The position numbers were made by a program, and so were the translations under genes. Positions 14,304 through 27,286 of a stretch of 64,000 nt of DNA are shown piece after piece (position 1 is the first letter of the stretch; every line of letters begins with the position of its first letter). Under the pieces are notes generated by a model. It saw only the letters and a list, made by a program, of their open reading frames with translations. It did no database searches and was not told the DNA's origin. The DNA comes from Paraphysomonas bandaiensis (Eukaryota; Protista; Chrysophyceae), in assembly GCA_965644295.1 (NCBI GenBank), contig CBFFRP010000066.1, positions 62,001 through 126,000 of the forward strand. Reading direction: 5' to 3'.

Positions 14304-14747
14304 CTATATGTCCGATACGACACTCGCAGCAGGAGTGCTCCACACATATGAGCTGGTACCACCCCCCCTAGAAGCACCTGCTTCGGAAGACGATTCACTA
14401 GCACGTAATGTATGAAGATAATTCTCACGCATACGTTGTGCTTTCGTTGTCTTCACAACACCAGGAACTGTCTTCGTTTTTACTGGTATATCAGAACTTC
14501 TTAATTCGACTTGTCGTTTATTTAATCTATCTAATAATTTCTTATTCCACATATGAGATGCAGTTCTATTTATAATCTTATGCTTCTCATCTTGATGTTT
14601 AAAATAAGACCATTCTGAGAAATTTCTTACACCTTTACTCTTATCATTACATGGATATGCTAATTCATGTTTAGGAATATTGTTTTTAGTATTTTCTAAA
14701 TAGGAATTATATTTTTGTAATGCTCGTTCATTAATAGTTGATTTCAT
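14304..14747 (-). CDS. Hypothetical basic 147-aa protein, copy A
   Basis: Near-identical to 18551-18994. The ORF-track extension to 14813 lies inside the adjacent transposon. Confidence 0.55.
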   Translation of the reverse strand: MKSTINERALQKYNSYLENTKNNIPKHELAYPCNDKSKGVRNFSEWSYFKHQDEKHKIINRTASHMWNKKLLDRLNKRQVELRSSDIPVKTKTVPGVVKTTKAQRMRENYLHTLRASESSSEAGASRGGGTSSYVWSTPAASVVSDI

Positions 14748-14762
14748 GTATGTATGTATGTA

Positions 14763-16368
14763 GGAAGGGGGGGCTCTATTATGAACCGTTTTTTGGCCAT
14801 TTTCATCGCTCATATAGTCAACCTATAAATACATGACTTATCAATCTGAGCATATCATGAGATCAGGCTTGCTCTCAACTTAATTTCATATTATTTGATC
14901 AGCTTCTCTCATAATTTGTTTCTGATGTTATAGCCCGCCAAAGTGAACACCTTAAGGCGATTTTCAGTCGTTCAAAAAAACAGGTCCCCTATTATGAACC
15001 ATTTTCAAAACACAGAGTTGACAGGCATATTCACATTATTACACACATCTCAACACATATACTAATAGTGCAGACATGTTTCATGACAGTTAGACTAATA
15101 TTATACTGCTTGACACGCCTGTGTGCTCTGATCCTTGTAATTCATTCTACGTCTACAGATATTGTAGAGTTTATGTGATTCGTCGTGTTTGTGATTCATG
15201 AGTGTCATATCTGTAGTGTGACTCTATACCCACTTATATGTGTTAAAATAGAACTAGTACCATTGTTTTGAATTAATCAGAAGTTTATTTTACTCCATGG
15301 CGCCTATGCCGAAGCCATATTCATGTGATAATCCAAATGTAACAAATCCATAGACCCTAATTGTTGACCTGGTGTTCTCCAACCAGTCATAATCCTTCAG
15401 TATTAAGAAATTATCCTTTAAAAAAGTTCTCCTTTAAAAAGTTCTCCCCGCATTTGGCCTTCCTGTGACGTTCAGACTGATTCGTAGCGACCCCCCCGTT
15501 CGCCCCACAGAAAGCATCCGCATATTGGTGGCAGTATTACACTGCGAATTCTCATATATCGCTTCTTTGACTATACCCATAACCAGCATGGTCATGGAGG
15601 TCGAACGTCACTGTCATCAATTCCCGTCAAGACGTGATGACAGGAGGGGGGGTGGTCCGGAGAGAGGAAACTGCAACTCGTCGATGACACTGGCCAACAA
15701 AAGTGATTAGACTCATCTTCCACAAAGGCGTTCATAACCGATATAGATTCCATATCGAGTCATACCCGAAGAAGACTTAAATCTCTCGTCAGTAGAAAAT
15801 GGAACTCCAAAGTGCTCCAGGATTTCGCTCCACTTCATTTAGCCAATAACGCGGGCTTTAGGGCTGCCATACGTTCCTCAAGTTAGTGGACCTTCCAGCT
15901 TGATAGAATATTAAGGTCAGGGAGGGATTTGGCAGCTGCTCTGATGGTCCGCTCAGGAGCCCGGGAGGAGCCTGAATTAAGGTGATCTGTAGACGGGAGT
16001 GCCCCAAACAACCTATTCACAACCCTTTTTACGAGTACAGATACAGGCATACTTCCAGGCTTAGTCGCTTTCATCACTGATGCAATTATATGATTATGGA
16101 GGGGGCGGGTCGCTTGTATCGTGCTGCTAATGGTGGGAGGCCACCATGAGGATTCATGTCACTTATCTCTATAAATATGAGATGAGAGTGTGATCTGAAG
16201 GGGCCAGTGTGTCAAGCATACTCAAGTTAGTCTAAGCATGTGACCGTATATACTAATACCGTGGAATACAGACGCTGCCAGCACTTCATTCGAGGAAATA
16301 GTGATCGAAGTCCACAAATCTTCCAACTTCGTTTTCAGAAAATGGTTCATAATAGAGCCCCCCCTTCC
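14763..16368. mobile_element. 1.6-kb non-autonomous TIR DNA transposon inserted in a (TATG)n tract
   Basis: Perfect 25-bp TIRs GGAAGGGGGGGCTCTATTATGAACC / GGTTCATAATAGAGCCCCCCCTTCC, flanked by TA on both sides. A partial internal TIR copy lies near 14987. No long ORF inside. Confidence 0.85.
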
Positions 16369-16660
16369 TATGTATGTATGTATGTATGCATGTATGTATG
16401 TATGTATGTATGTATGTATGTATGTATGTATGTATGTATGTATGTATGTATGTATGTATGTATGTATGTATGTATGTATGTATGTATGTATGTATGTATG
16501 TATGTATGTATGTATGTATGTATGTATGTATGTATGTATGTATGTATGTATGTATGTATGTATGTATGTATGTATGTATGTATGTACTGTATGTATGTAT
16601 GTATGTATGTATGTATGTATGTATGTATGTATGTATGTATGTATGTATGTATGTATGTAT
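16369..16660. repeat. (TATG)n microsatellite, about 290 bp
   Basis: Directly visible; it is the source of the spurious MYVC/HTYI ORFs. Confidence 0.98.
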
Positions 16661-17061
16661 GTGTATTGTCTGTACTGCTGTACCATGGTGTATGTGTACC
16701 TACACACTCTACCAATATCATTCTATTTGCTTTGCTAACATCCGGAGAGTGTCCTCCTACACCTCCCCGAATTCACCCCAAATCCTGTGCACCCCCCACT
16801 CGAATCCGCGCGGTTTCCCACATTTCGATATGCCCCCCCCTCCCGATCCCCCCAAAATCCTGCGCAACGCACTCTGGATCCAGCAATTAGACAGAGGTGT
16901 GATACTGACATGTGGACAGAGGTGTTATACATGATGTCAAGTGGACAGAGGTGTAACACGAACGAATCAGAATGACCCAAGAACTTATATATAGTGACTC
17001 TGTTCAAAACAGTACCTTTCTCAGTATACTTCATATATTTTGTCGCTGACTGACTCCACTG

Positions 17062-17709
17062 ATGGAATTCAACGAAGCTGAGCGAGATGTTTGGTTTGGG
17101 AAATGCCCTGATATGGTTTTGTGCTGTGAGGGCACAAGATTTCATGTCAATCGGGCAATTTTAATGGAGGCTAGCCCGGTGTGGATGGCTATGTTGAATG
17201 GGCCTTTCCAGGAAGGGGCTGCGGATACTGTGCACTTGGAGGAAGATTGTGTGGACTCAGTTCGAATAGCATTAACACTACTGTATTCCCCTTTCACTGT
17301 AGCAACGGACAACTCGTATTCAGAAGCTTCGCTTGATGTATTAATTGAAAAATATGACTTGGAAGGTCTCAGTGCGCTTCTTCGGACTGATAGAAAAAGA
17401 CATTTAGAACTTGTTGAACTTGAGAGTCAATTGAGAGCGGCCAAAAGTGAGATAGGCATGCTGAAATCGAGAGCAATAAACGAGCGTATGGCAAGAATGG
17501 AAAGGGGGAATGTAGTGGACTATAGAGATTATCCCGATATTGGAACACGGGTTAAAAGAAATTACGTAGATAGATCTCCAAAAAGAGGAAGAATTATTGC
17601 AAACGACGAGGATGGCGGTACTGAAATTGCAGTACGATGGGACGATGGAAGTGAATCACACCACCTGCACTGTTGCAAAAAAGGCGGCCAAGCGTTGAAG
17701 TATTTATAA
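17062..17709 (+). CDS. BTB/POZ protein with coiled coil and a C-terminal Mib-Herc2/SH3-like domain
   Basis: BTB motif PDMVLCCEGTRFHVNRAILMEASPVWMAMLNGPFQE. The C-terminus IGTRVKR...DGG..IAVRWDDG resembles Mib_Herc2. Confidence 0.75.
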   Translation: MEFNEAERDVWFGKCPDMVLCCEGTRFHVNRAILMEASPVWMAMLNGPFQEGAADTVHLEEDCVDSVRIALTLLYSPFTVATDNSYSEASLDVLIEKYDLEGLSALLRTDRKRHLELVELESQLRAAKSEIGMLKSRAINERMARMERGNVVDYRDYPDIGTRVKRNYVDRSPKRGRIIANDEDGGTEIAVRWDDGSESHHLHCCKKGGQALKYL

Positions 17710-17753
17710 GAGCTTGTAATTACATGAGCCAGGGTTGAATTTTGTAATTTATG

Positions 17754-18279
17754 TTGCCCCATTCTGAGAGCGTACCCTAGTGAAGTGCTAGTGTTGACTA
17801 AGCCAAGTAACGTATAGAATATTAATAAAAATCTCAGCGTATTATTCGTGTGTTGGCATCAAGAAAGCTCTAGCTAGATCTACACTATACCTGCATAGCC
17901 TATATGAGATTACGAGAAACCCCGCGCATTCTAGGGGAGGGAGGGGGGCGGCCAATGTCACACTAGACCTATACTGAGTCATGCATGGTCACGAGAATCC
18001 CCGCGTAATCTTTATTAGGTAATGATGGGAAGGTACACATGGTCCTAATAGAATCTGCGCGAATTACATATATAAAAGTCATGCATAATAATGAGAAATC
18101 CCGCGTAATCTCAGCAAAGGTTAACACAGGTAGGGGGAACAACAGAATCTGCGCGTGATCTATATGGTCAGCTAAGTTGGCACACGGGTGGGTGGGTAGT
18201 AGAATTTGTGCTATATATTGGTGTTATAGGTGGGGCACCAGCCAGCCTACATTATGGCCACGCCGTCGGAATGGGGCAA
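17754..18279. mobile_element. TIR element family D (~525 bp) with an internal repeated GAATCC(C)GCG motif
   Basis: Imperfect inverted ends TTGCCCCATTCTGAGAGCGT / ACGCCGTCGGAATGGGGCAA. An inverted partial copy lies at 53541-53776 and a related end at about 20877. Confidence 0.65.
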
Positions 18280-18550
18280 TGATTTTGCTGGTCATATATC
18301 TATTTGAACTGTTGCTACAATCCTACCTACAATTATACTTTCCATATTTAGACTAAAATATAAGCGTAATTAAAATACTCAGTTAATCTTAGAAGATTTT
18401 TATTATCAACAGCGCACAATTCGCTACGACAACACTATATTCAATCAAGAACACACATACAGATATAAATCCAAGGCATTTTACAATAAACAAATACCAT
18501 ACTACTACACACAAATCAGTACATGCAACTTACAACAACTTGCAAATCAG

Positions 18551-18994
18551 CTATATGTCCGATACGACACTCGCAGCAGGAGTGCTCCACACATATGAGC
18601 TGGTACCACCACCCCTAGAAGCACCTGCTTCGGAAGACGATTCACTAGCACGTAATGTATGAAGATAATTCTCACGCATACGTTGTGCTTTCGTTGTTTT
18701 CACAACACCAGGAACTGTCTTCGTTTTTACTGGTATATCAGAACTTCTTAATTCGACTTGTCGTTTATTTAATCTATCTAATAATTTCTTATTCCACATA
18801 TGAGATGCAGTTCTATTTATAATCTTATGCTTCTCATCTTGATGTTTAAAATAAGACCATTCTGAGAAATTTCTTACACCTTTACTCTTATCATTACATG
18901 GATATGCTAATTCTTGTTTAGGGATATTGTTTTTAGTATTTTCTAAATAGGAATTATATTTTTGTAATGCTCGTTCATTAATAGTTGATTTCAT
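18551..18994 (-). CDS. Hypothetical basic 147-aa protein, copy B
   Basis: Part of a ~730-bp direct duplication (14031-14760 versus 18278-19006, offset 4247); the ORF is intact in both copies. Confidence 0.55.
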   Translation of the reverse strand: MKSTINERALQKYNSYLENTKNNIPKQELAYPCNDKSKGVRNFSEWSYFKHQDEKHKIINRTASHMWNKKLLDRLNKRQVELRSSDIPVKTKTVPGVVKTTKAQRMRENYLHTLRASESSSEAGASRGGGTSSYVWSTPAASVVSDI

Positions 18995-19134
18995 GTATGT
19001 ATGTATGGTGTGTGTGTAGTGTGTATGATATGGTTGATAAGTGTATTAATTGATAGTGTGGGGGGTAAGTTTGTGTATGGTATATGCATATAGCGATTGC
19101 TATGCTGGGTATACTCAACTGCCTCTATAGATGT

Positions 19135-19279
19135 CCTATCGGCATTCTTTGTATATTTTTGTTGAAAGATGCCTCTAACATTGAGACAACAATTATCTGT
19201 AATCCAGCTGTAGTTTCGTTACAGTAATATGGAGAATATTTGCTTCAATTTATTTCCGAAATAAATGACATCCGATACG
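19135..19279. mobile_element. MITE family A, copy 2
   Basis: Homologous to 994-1144 in inverted orientation; flanked by GT/GT. Confidence 0.75.
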
Positions 19280-19581
19280 GTATATAATAACCGCCCTATG
19301 GTAGATATACATACATTTTGTACAGAGTACATACAGTACAGCAGTATGTACATATAGAGGTAGTATGGAGTAGTATATCAGTACACACATATGCTGTATA
19401 TCCAGATATCCTATACGAGAATACACACACTGCTGTACTGTACATATAGCACAATAGGCATCATACAAAGCAGCGTGTATCCTGCTGTTGATGTATCCTT
19501 CTATAGTCCTTCTGCCTCGTATCTTCTAGACAAAATCACCATAGTAACCTTCATATATATACACAGTAATATATTACCACA

Positions 19582-20381
19582 ATGAGCCACACAGAATATA
19601 TTCAATGTGATTTTCTAGATTTACGTCACTTTGTAGAGGTAGCATTTAACACAGGAAAGACTCCACTAGTGTTAGATAGCTCTATTGATGAAAAAGTTTG
19701 CACATATTACAGTTATCAAACAGATGCCATTATACTAGAGGCTAGAAGTATGATCATGCAATCATCAAACTCTTTAAAAGATGCATTAGAAATAGGAAGA
19801 CGAGCTCTGTCGAATGCAATGCGTCATGGAAAGACTTTAGTTATTAGAATGGGCACTTCAGCCCCTGATTTTAGAAGTACACTGAATGACAGCAATCTGG
19901 CTACTGCTATGGGCAAACCCTTAGACGAAAGCTATTTCCCAGAGCAAGTTTTTGTTGAAGCAGGAAGGTAGTTTAATTTAGAATTGAATACTTGTATTTG
20001 TTGTGTATTTAGTTACTGTGTTTATGGATGCATGCAGGCTGCTACATGACAGTAATCCGAGAGAAGATGGAACTGAATGGGCCCAAAAAATTATTAGAGC
20101 GGAGGACATGTTTCCTCACAGAAATATAGCATTCTGCAGGTACGTGGCATGTGTATATTGCGATATGTATCATGGACAACATATAGATACACTGTTTACT
20201 AACACCTAGCCCTATTAATAGGGAGGGATTCCGAATCATGCTGGTATCCCAGATTCCAATACACGAAATCGATGAGCTCTTATTTGGTAACGAATGGGGG
20301 GGGCTTCCTTCAAAGGATTTGTTTGCACTTCTACAGGTACATCATGACACAGAAGACAGCGAGAGTGATGCTTCGAGTTAA
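19582..20381 (+). CDS. Stand-alone IQANK1-C-terminal / dynein AAA5-like domain protein, 3 exons (19582-19967, 20038-20139, 20222-20381)
   Basis: GKTPLVLDSS...YYSY...LEIGRRALSNAMRHGKTLVIRM resembles the xPLxIDP...AxRxGKPLVI signature. GT-AG introns keep the frame. Confidence 0.6.
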
Positions 20382-21543
20382 CGCTATTTACCATTGTAAT
20401 CTAAAGGTGTAATTTTTTGTATTGAAAGCTGTGATGTGTGTGTATAACACTATACAAGTAAGAATAGAAAGAGTGTATCAAGTTATCTATATGGAGTTAA
20501 TATATAATCTCGCTCTTTAGAAGTAGGGGTGTCATGGTGGTGAGGGACTTCTTTCGAATCGATATGTCGCTAACTCTTACGTAAAAATATATTTCATACA
20601 CTCTCCGGCTTTTGCGTCTATTGATGACATACAGCTAAAAATAATTACTATCGCACAAGCAAGCAATATCCGGATTGTATACTTTACGACTAAATTCAAA
20701 CAAATTGTTTAGATACAGAATTACTGTGCTAGAGGGGCAACGACCCCTGTAATAACACTTAGCCCAGTAGTGGCATTTTCTGCTATTGTATTTCTGATTA
20801 TGAATGACAGATACACATATTATGGTTGATATATTATGAATCACATATTCAAATGACTAGACTCATCACCACCATATTGCTCCATTCTGAGCGCGTACTT
20901 AGGTAGAGCCAGGTGGGGGGCGGGTGGGTATCTAACTAATACGTGATTAAGTCCCATACGTTATTTGCTAGCTACCTACTGAACCCAACTAGCTACATCA
21001 TTATCACACGGTATTTAGCGCCGAATATGCAGTGAGAACCCGCGTGGGGAAGCGCTGAACTAAGTAATGTGTACGTAGGTAGAGGTGCGCGGTCACAACA
21101 CTCAGCCGCACTCACTAGACGGTCAAACGCGGTGATTAATTACGCTATCAATATGGGGCACATATGTTTGACTTGTGTGTTCTGAGCCAACAACTTGTGA
21201 GGATATTGAAGAGGACATAATTGCACTTGACGTCACAGTATTTGTACCTACAAGCTAAATGTAGATAATAAAAATAGGCTTTCTATGTTAAAAGCACAGT
21301 ATTTGAATATTAAAAAAGCTATTTTTTCCCTAAAATCATATATTTTCATGACTATAACATTTTCAAAAAAACGGAGTGTCATGATCGGCACTGGCTCGCA
21401 GAACAAACTTCGCTCACTCACTCACTTCTTTTGAATCTGGTCTGCTCTGAATCCCCTCAGCGCCTTCGCTTCCTTCCCATACCGCATAACTATCAGCCAG
21501 CAACCACAAGGAGCGACATCACTTAGTTATCACTGTATTTAAG

Positions 21544-23460
21544 ATGAGTGATATCGATGATATCAATGCAGCAATAGACCGTGTTGAGACTGAAATCAAC
21601 CAAGTTAATGAACAGATTCGAAGGGTGGAGTCTTCTATTGAAGATACTGAAGCCAAAGCACTAGCCGACGACGACAAACAATTTTGGAGCCGTAAACTTG
21701 AATATTTATACGAAGAGAAGAAGCAGCTGCGCGAAGAGGAGGAGTTTTTACGCGAAGAGGAGATGCTTTTACTCAAAGAGAGATTAGCAGTGAGAAAGTC
21801 AATATATGAAGAGATGAAGTTGAAGGGTGAACTTCGATCGACTTCAGGTAACTGAATTTTGAGTTTGTGTTCTGCTGCATTTCTAACAGAGTCGTTCACT
21901 ATATGGATATATGCATGTGTAGAATCCGTATCCACTTTTGATTATACAATCCCATGCTTTGTCAATCCGAACATATCAGCTTCTCGTATTGCGACCAAGA
22001 GCCATAGGTCCCTGTATGATGTGTTTGCACTCCCATGTTCTCCTAGCAGTTACATTCCTAATAGACGCATACGAACACTTCTTAAGTGCTATCAAGAGTT
22101 ATCAGATCACACTGATGACGTTCGTAACTTCGAGTATTACATGCAAATGGATCTTAAGTCACTGCACACGTGGAGATACTCTTCTGGAGGTTCTGAGACG
22201 CATATTTGCCATCTCAATTTGTCAAATTATTTGTCAATGATAAATAGCAGGGTCGGTAACAATACAACAGAAAACACTGCAGTCATTAATGATTCCTTGC
22301 CTTTCCGTCTTGTGCTTGCTAACCAAAAGAGCAAATCGGAGCAGCGAATTCAGTGGAGAGACCATGTTATCATAGCCTCCGAGGCGAAAGGAGTAGAACA
22401 TTCTCATTATGCGGCTTTAGTTCAGGGATTTGAGGTTGGTGGAGACTCTTCAGTGAATATGTGGCGCTGTGGGTTAGCCACGGAATTAGCTGTGACCCCA
22501 GTGATCCTAAGCTACGGTGATTGCTTTTGTATTTATTCTGTGTATCTTCTTCCCCACTGCTATCCTGTGATCGTGCAGCTATCGCCCCCTCTATCATATC
22601 TCACCCTCGAAGGAAGATGTTGTCTAGCGCGCTGGGGAATCGTGCTCGCAAAATTTGCTTTGGAAACTATAGATATCTTGAATAAGCGCCTTGTTGGTAG
22701 GGACTCTAGCCGGAAAAGCAAGCAGCCTGGGCTCTATATAGCACGGGGCTTATTCTTCAAACCACTGCGAGAGTTTGATACAACAAGAAATTGCACATTA
22801 GATCTTGGGTCTAGTTTGAGGACCAATTTGGAATCATTGATGCTTGCTTATCATCGTTTGCATAATGTTGAGAATTCCGATCGTTATTTTTTGTTCCCAC
22901 TTGGCGTTATAGCGTACCCCTCTCCTCAGTCAGAGTCTTATGATTACCGCATACGTGATGTCATGGATACCTCTATTCATAACCACTTTCCCCACCACAA
23001 TGATCTTGTCCGAAATGGTTGTCCCGTTGTAGTATATGAAGAGTTGAGTTCACAATGGTCCAATAAAAAGCCTCCGCCTGATGTGGTACAGTCATACGTA
23101 TATAATGTGAATAAGGCTGTAGAAGTATTGAATGAAGCTCAAATTTCTCACATGGACCTGAGGCCAGCTAACATTTTCTGGAGAATTGATCCAGCAATTG
23201 ACACAAAGAGTGAAGTGGAAATAAGAGTAATCGACCTTGAAGATTCGGTTCCTTTTGGATTCCACATACGGTGTATCGATACTTTGCGCAATGACCCGCG
23301 ATACCCTGTCTCTGTCCAGGATGACAGAGAGCTTATACCTGCAACCTCTGATCAAAATGATTGGTTTGGTATGGCTGTGGCTTCGTGGGCAAAACAATCT
23401 GATGTTGATAGCTTTACAGACTATATGGCTGCGAATTCAGAACTAAATTTTACTACATAA
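21544..23460 (+). CDS. Crinkler-like protein: coiled-coil header exon (21544-21847) plus PD-(D/E)xK nuclease-like and kinase-like exon (21923-23460)
   Basis: The header is nearly identical to that of the gene at 865. Phase-1 intron. IIASEAKG...ALVQ is an ExK...Q REase-type motif; HMDLRPANIF and IRVIDLEDS are the kinase catalytic loop and DFG-equivalent. Confidence 0.75.
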
Positions 23461-25879
23461 GCATTCCTTTTTGGGTGATCTCAGCTGAAGTATGTAAAGT
23501 TATTCGAGGAATATTTGAATTTTTAGGGGTAGTGGGAGCTTTGAATATTGCTAATCTCTCGTGTCACCTTGGTAGAAAAAAGAGGTGGGGGAAGGTGGTT
23601 GTGTGAGGAACTAACATATTCTTAGATAGCTCATTGTACTCAATCACACAGTTGATTATTAGTAAATAATTATAATGGTAATCGTTTCTCAAACGACACA
23701 TTTACGTTGAGCGATATGAAATGTAACCGAAATATATTACAGACATATATTTGACAATATCAATATATTTGACAATATCAATATATTGGAATTTATTAGG
23801 TGATAAAAAGATTAAATGCTGTATACAATGCCTTAATTATAAATTATGACCAATCTCACTTCTCATTCATTGCCATTCGCCTTATATATAGACACCATCT
23901 TATACAGTCAATATATTCCAGTTTCACGTATCTGAGATATAGAGTTATGAGGACGGTCGAGACACATATGTTTGAAAGCCACAGTCTGAGCATTTGGTCA
24001 TGTTCAGGTCGAGTCCGTGCTTTGTTTTGGCCCTGTACCTTTCAATGCTGAATGATTTGTCCTATGTCAGGCCAGTATTGAGAATAATGCATTGACGTGT
24101 TGACGTAGTAGTTGTGATATATTAACTCTCGGTAGCCTACTGGGTGGTGTCAAGGCAGAAGCTCACGGAGGAATACATTACAGCATTATTACAACTCTGA
24201 TCCATGCATTGTAATACCTCCGCTTCAGAGGACCTGAAAACAGGTGTGGTGTTGTTTTCCCGCCTTCTTGAAATTATTGATGAGGAACTAAATGATAGAG
24301 TGAGTGACTAAAAGAGGGACCTATATAGACAGCCATATTGTATGAGCTTGATTTAATTATTGCAACTACAGGAAATTTAAGGTTAAAGAATATGTTCTAA
24401 GTTTTAAGATACAAGAGACTAACTCAAGCTAAATTTAACGCATGCGTGATCGCTATAGCGTCACAGTGTGAGAGATGGATGCACTGCCATTTCATATAAT
24501 ATATCCAGTAACCAGGCAGTTCTATAGCGAGTGGTTGATTGCTATTTTCATATATATATATATATGTAGATGTACTTGCATGCATATCAATATCATGATG
24601 AAACTCATTACCTCTATGATATATTGATTGCAATATATTTTGAGCTACCTTAACAGTAACTATATATTAATGGGAATTCAGTATATTGTTTATTTTTCCC
24701 TAGCTTCAGTTTCGAACTTACTTATAGCCCTTGGAATATCAGATGAATTAAATCTATTTTTCTGTATTTCTCGTTGAGCTATCCGGCAACAGATGTGAAT
24801 ATCATATACATGTACAGTACACACTTGACGTCAACAAAAAATTAGTCTATCAATGACACATCCACATGTAGAGATGATGTTTTTGTTGCACTCACTTATT
24901 CCTCTAAAAAGCAGTAGAAGTTTTACATGAAAGATCAACCCTCGGTGGCCACAAGGGTAACCGATTTACTTCATGGCCAGACAGTCACACTCATGCCACC
25001 ATCGCAAAGCGGATGTGTACTTCTGCTATGACTCAACAGACATCGTCATATGATTATCTTAATCATCGTCTCTCTCACTCTCGTGTATTGTGTATATATG
25101 GAATTGTGTATTCAAAATTGAAAAAAACGAGATTTCAGTTTATCATTTTCAGTGAGACTGCGCCTCTGATTTCACCCCTGAAAACCAAAATCACTGAATT
25201 TTCAGAATTCAGTATTCAGAAATTCAGTTTTCCTAAATAAGACCCACCCTAAAAAAATAAAATTAACGCTTTTTTAATAAAAACCCCACTTTTATGACGG
25301 GGATATTTCCGAAAAGTTGGTGAAGATTTCCTCTTGATCCAACAAAATATGATTTCCTACAAAAATGAAACTGGCACTTTTCTATATGAAAACCCCATAA
25401 TACAGTAGAATACAATGCAATAGTTGTGTATGTACTGTACATGTAGGAGCAGTGTGCAGTGAGCGATAAAAAAAACTGGAGTTTTCTGCTTGATTTCCCA
25501 CACACAAAAATACTGCCCATGAAAATACATATAGCAATTAGTGGTATGGAGTTAACGTACTATTCTATCCACTCCTTCTATATACTAAAACACACGTAAG
25601 ATGTTCATATACGTACATATACAGACGTATATTGCTATGTAGATCCTCATCTAGAACGTAGTTTTGTATAGGGAAAACATGTACGTAGAGTTTCATATGT
25701 AATCCTCGCCAATGCAACCATTAAACTTAACCTTCCTCGAATTCTTGCATTCATAATTGTTCTTTACATCAATAACTCTTCCCTATCATTTAAACTATTC
25801 AAGTAGTCTATTAACTACTGTCAATTTCTTTTAATTTTGCAATACAATACTTATATATTGCAACTATCTGATATCTCAA

Positions 25880-26915
25880 ATGGCAATTCGTTTTTGCAAG
25901 AAACTCATGCAAACCACTTGTGGACAAAGAAAATTTACAACCCTATCAGCGGCCATTGATTTAGAGAGCTTAGATGTGGACTTGTTTCGTTCTCAGCAGC
26001 TGTGGAAACCTCCTGGTGCAAGGGCTGTATATGGAGGACAGGTTGTCGGTCAAGCTTTAGCGGCATCGAAGCAATGCGTCACAGATGAAAAAGAACTACA
26101 TAGTATGCATGCATATTTTTTGAAAGGGGGGAATCCCGCGACACCAATTTTGTATCAAGTTAGTCGATTGAGTGTCACGAATAATTTCGAGATGCATAAC
26201 ATCAATGCAAAGCAGCAGGGACAAACTATATTTAGCTGTTCAGCATCGTACCATCGTCCAGAAGCATCCCCTCTGTTCCATGAGAGAGAAATGCCATCAG
26301 CTCCTCCCCCAGAGACGCTTCAGTCTCAAGAAGACCGGCTACAAGCCGTGCTACATGACCCTCGTCTACCAGAACGAGCAAAATTAGCAATTGAGAATTC
26401 CCTCAAAACCCCTTTTCCTATCGACGTTAGGGAAGTAAACCCGGTTGATTTTTTCAATCCTGAAAAGCGGGAACCTAGAAAGTTAATGTGGATGAAAGCA
26501 AGAGTCCCCCTTAGTTCTGATGAGACAAACATGCACCGATGTCTAGCCGCTTTTGCCAGCGATTGGGGATTGGCCACTTCAAGTCTTTTACCTCATGCCA
26601 TCAGCTTTGGTAATCCTAAATTAAAGGTAGGTAATATTTTAGTATTATATGTATATATATGAACTATTCAAAGTTTACTCATGCTCACTTTCGATGATAT
26701 CTATCTAATTTCTCCATCGTCGACAGTTGGTGACATCATTGGATCACTCGATGTGGTTTCACGCTCCCTTCCGGGCTGATGAGTGGATGCTTTTTGATAC
26801 GTCCTCCGTTAAAATGGCAGGTGCCAGGGGCATGAATATGGGTTATGTCTACAACTCTTCAGGGGAATTGGCCATCACAACCACCCAGGAGGCACTCATC
26901 AGACTTAATAAGTAA
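25880..26915 (+). CDS. tesB: Acyl-CoA thioesterase II (TesB/ACOT8 family), 2 exons (25880-26626, 26727-26915)
   Basis: VYGGQVVGQAL, HSMHAYFL, AFASD, SLDHSMWFH..FRADEW and QEALIR motifs. Confidence 0.93.
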
Positions 26916-27286
26916 GGACAGAAGATAGAATGTAAATACTCTAGAATCATGATGTAGTTGTGTGATATGTTGTTGCACAAAAGTTCTAATCGGAGAAGAT
27001 AGATGTAAGCTGAAAGTTTGGTAACAGGACAGTATAAATATGTTGGTGACTATTAACTTTCCAAGATGTGCTAACGGGATAGCGAGTGATTCAATAAATG
27101 CACAAGAAGTTCTACGATATAAAGCTGCCTACAAATCCTTCAGCACGCTAGTATTACATAGCATGACACAAAGGCTTTAAGCTTTACTAAAGTTGTAGAG
27201 AAAACCGGACAGAGGAGTATTAAGCTGAAACCAATTCCTATGTGCGTACTTGAAGCTTGCAAAGAAACTAAAATTATAGATATATA

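Noticed and set aside
16222-16934. Long ORFs in several frames (MYVC/HTYI repeats)
   Set aside because: These are artefacts of the stop-free (TATG)n microsatellite.
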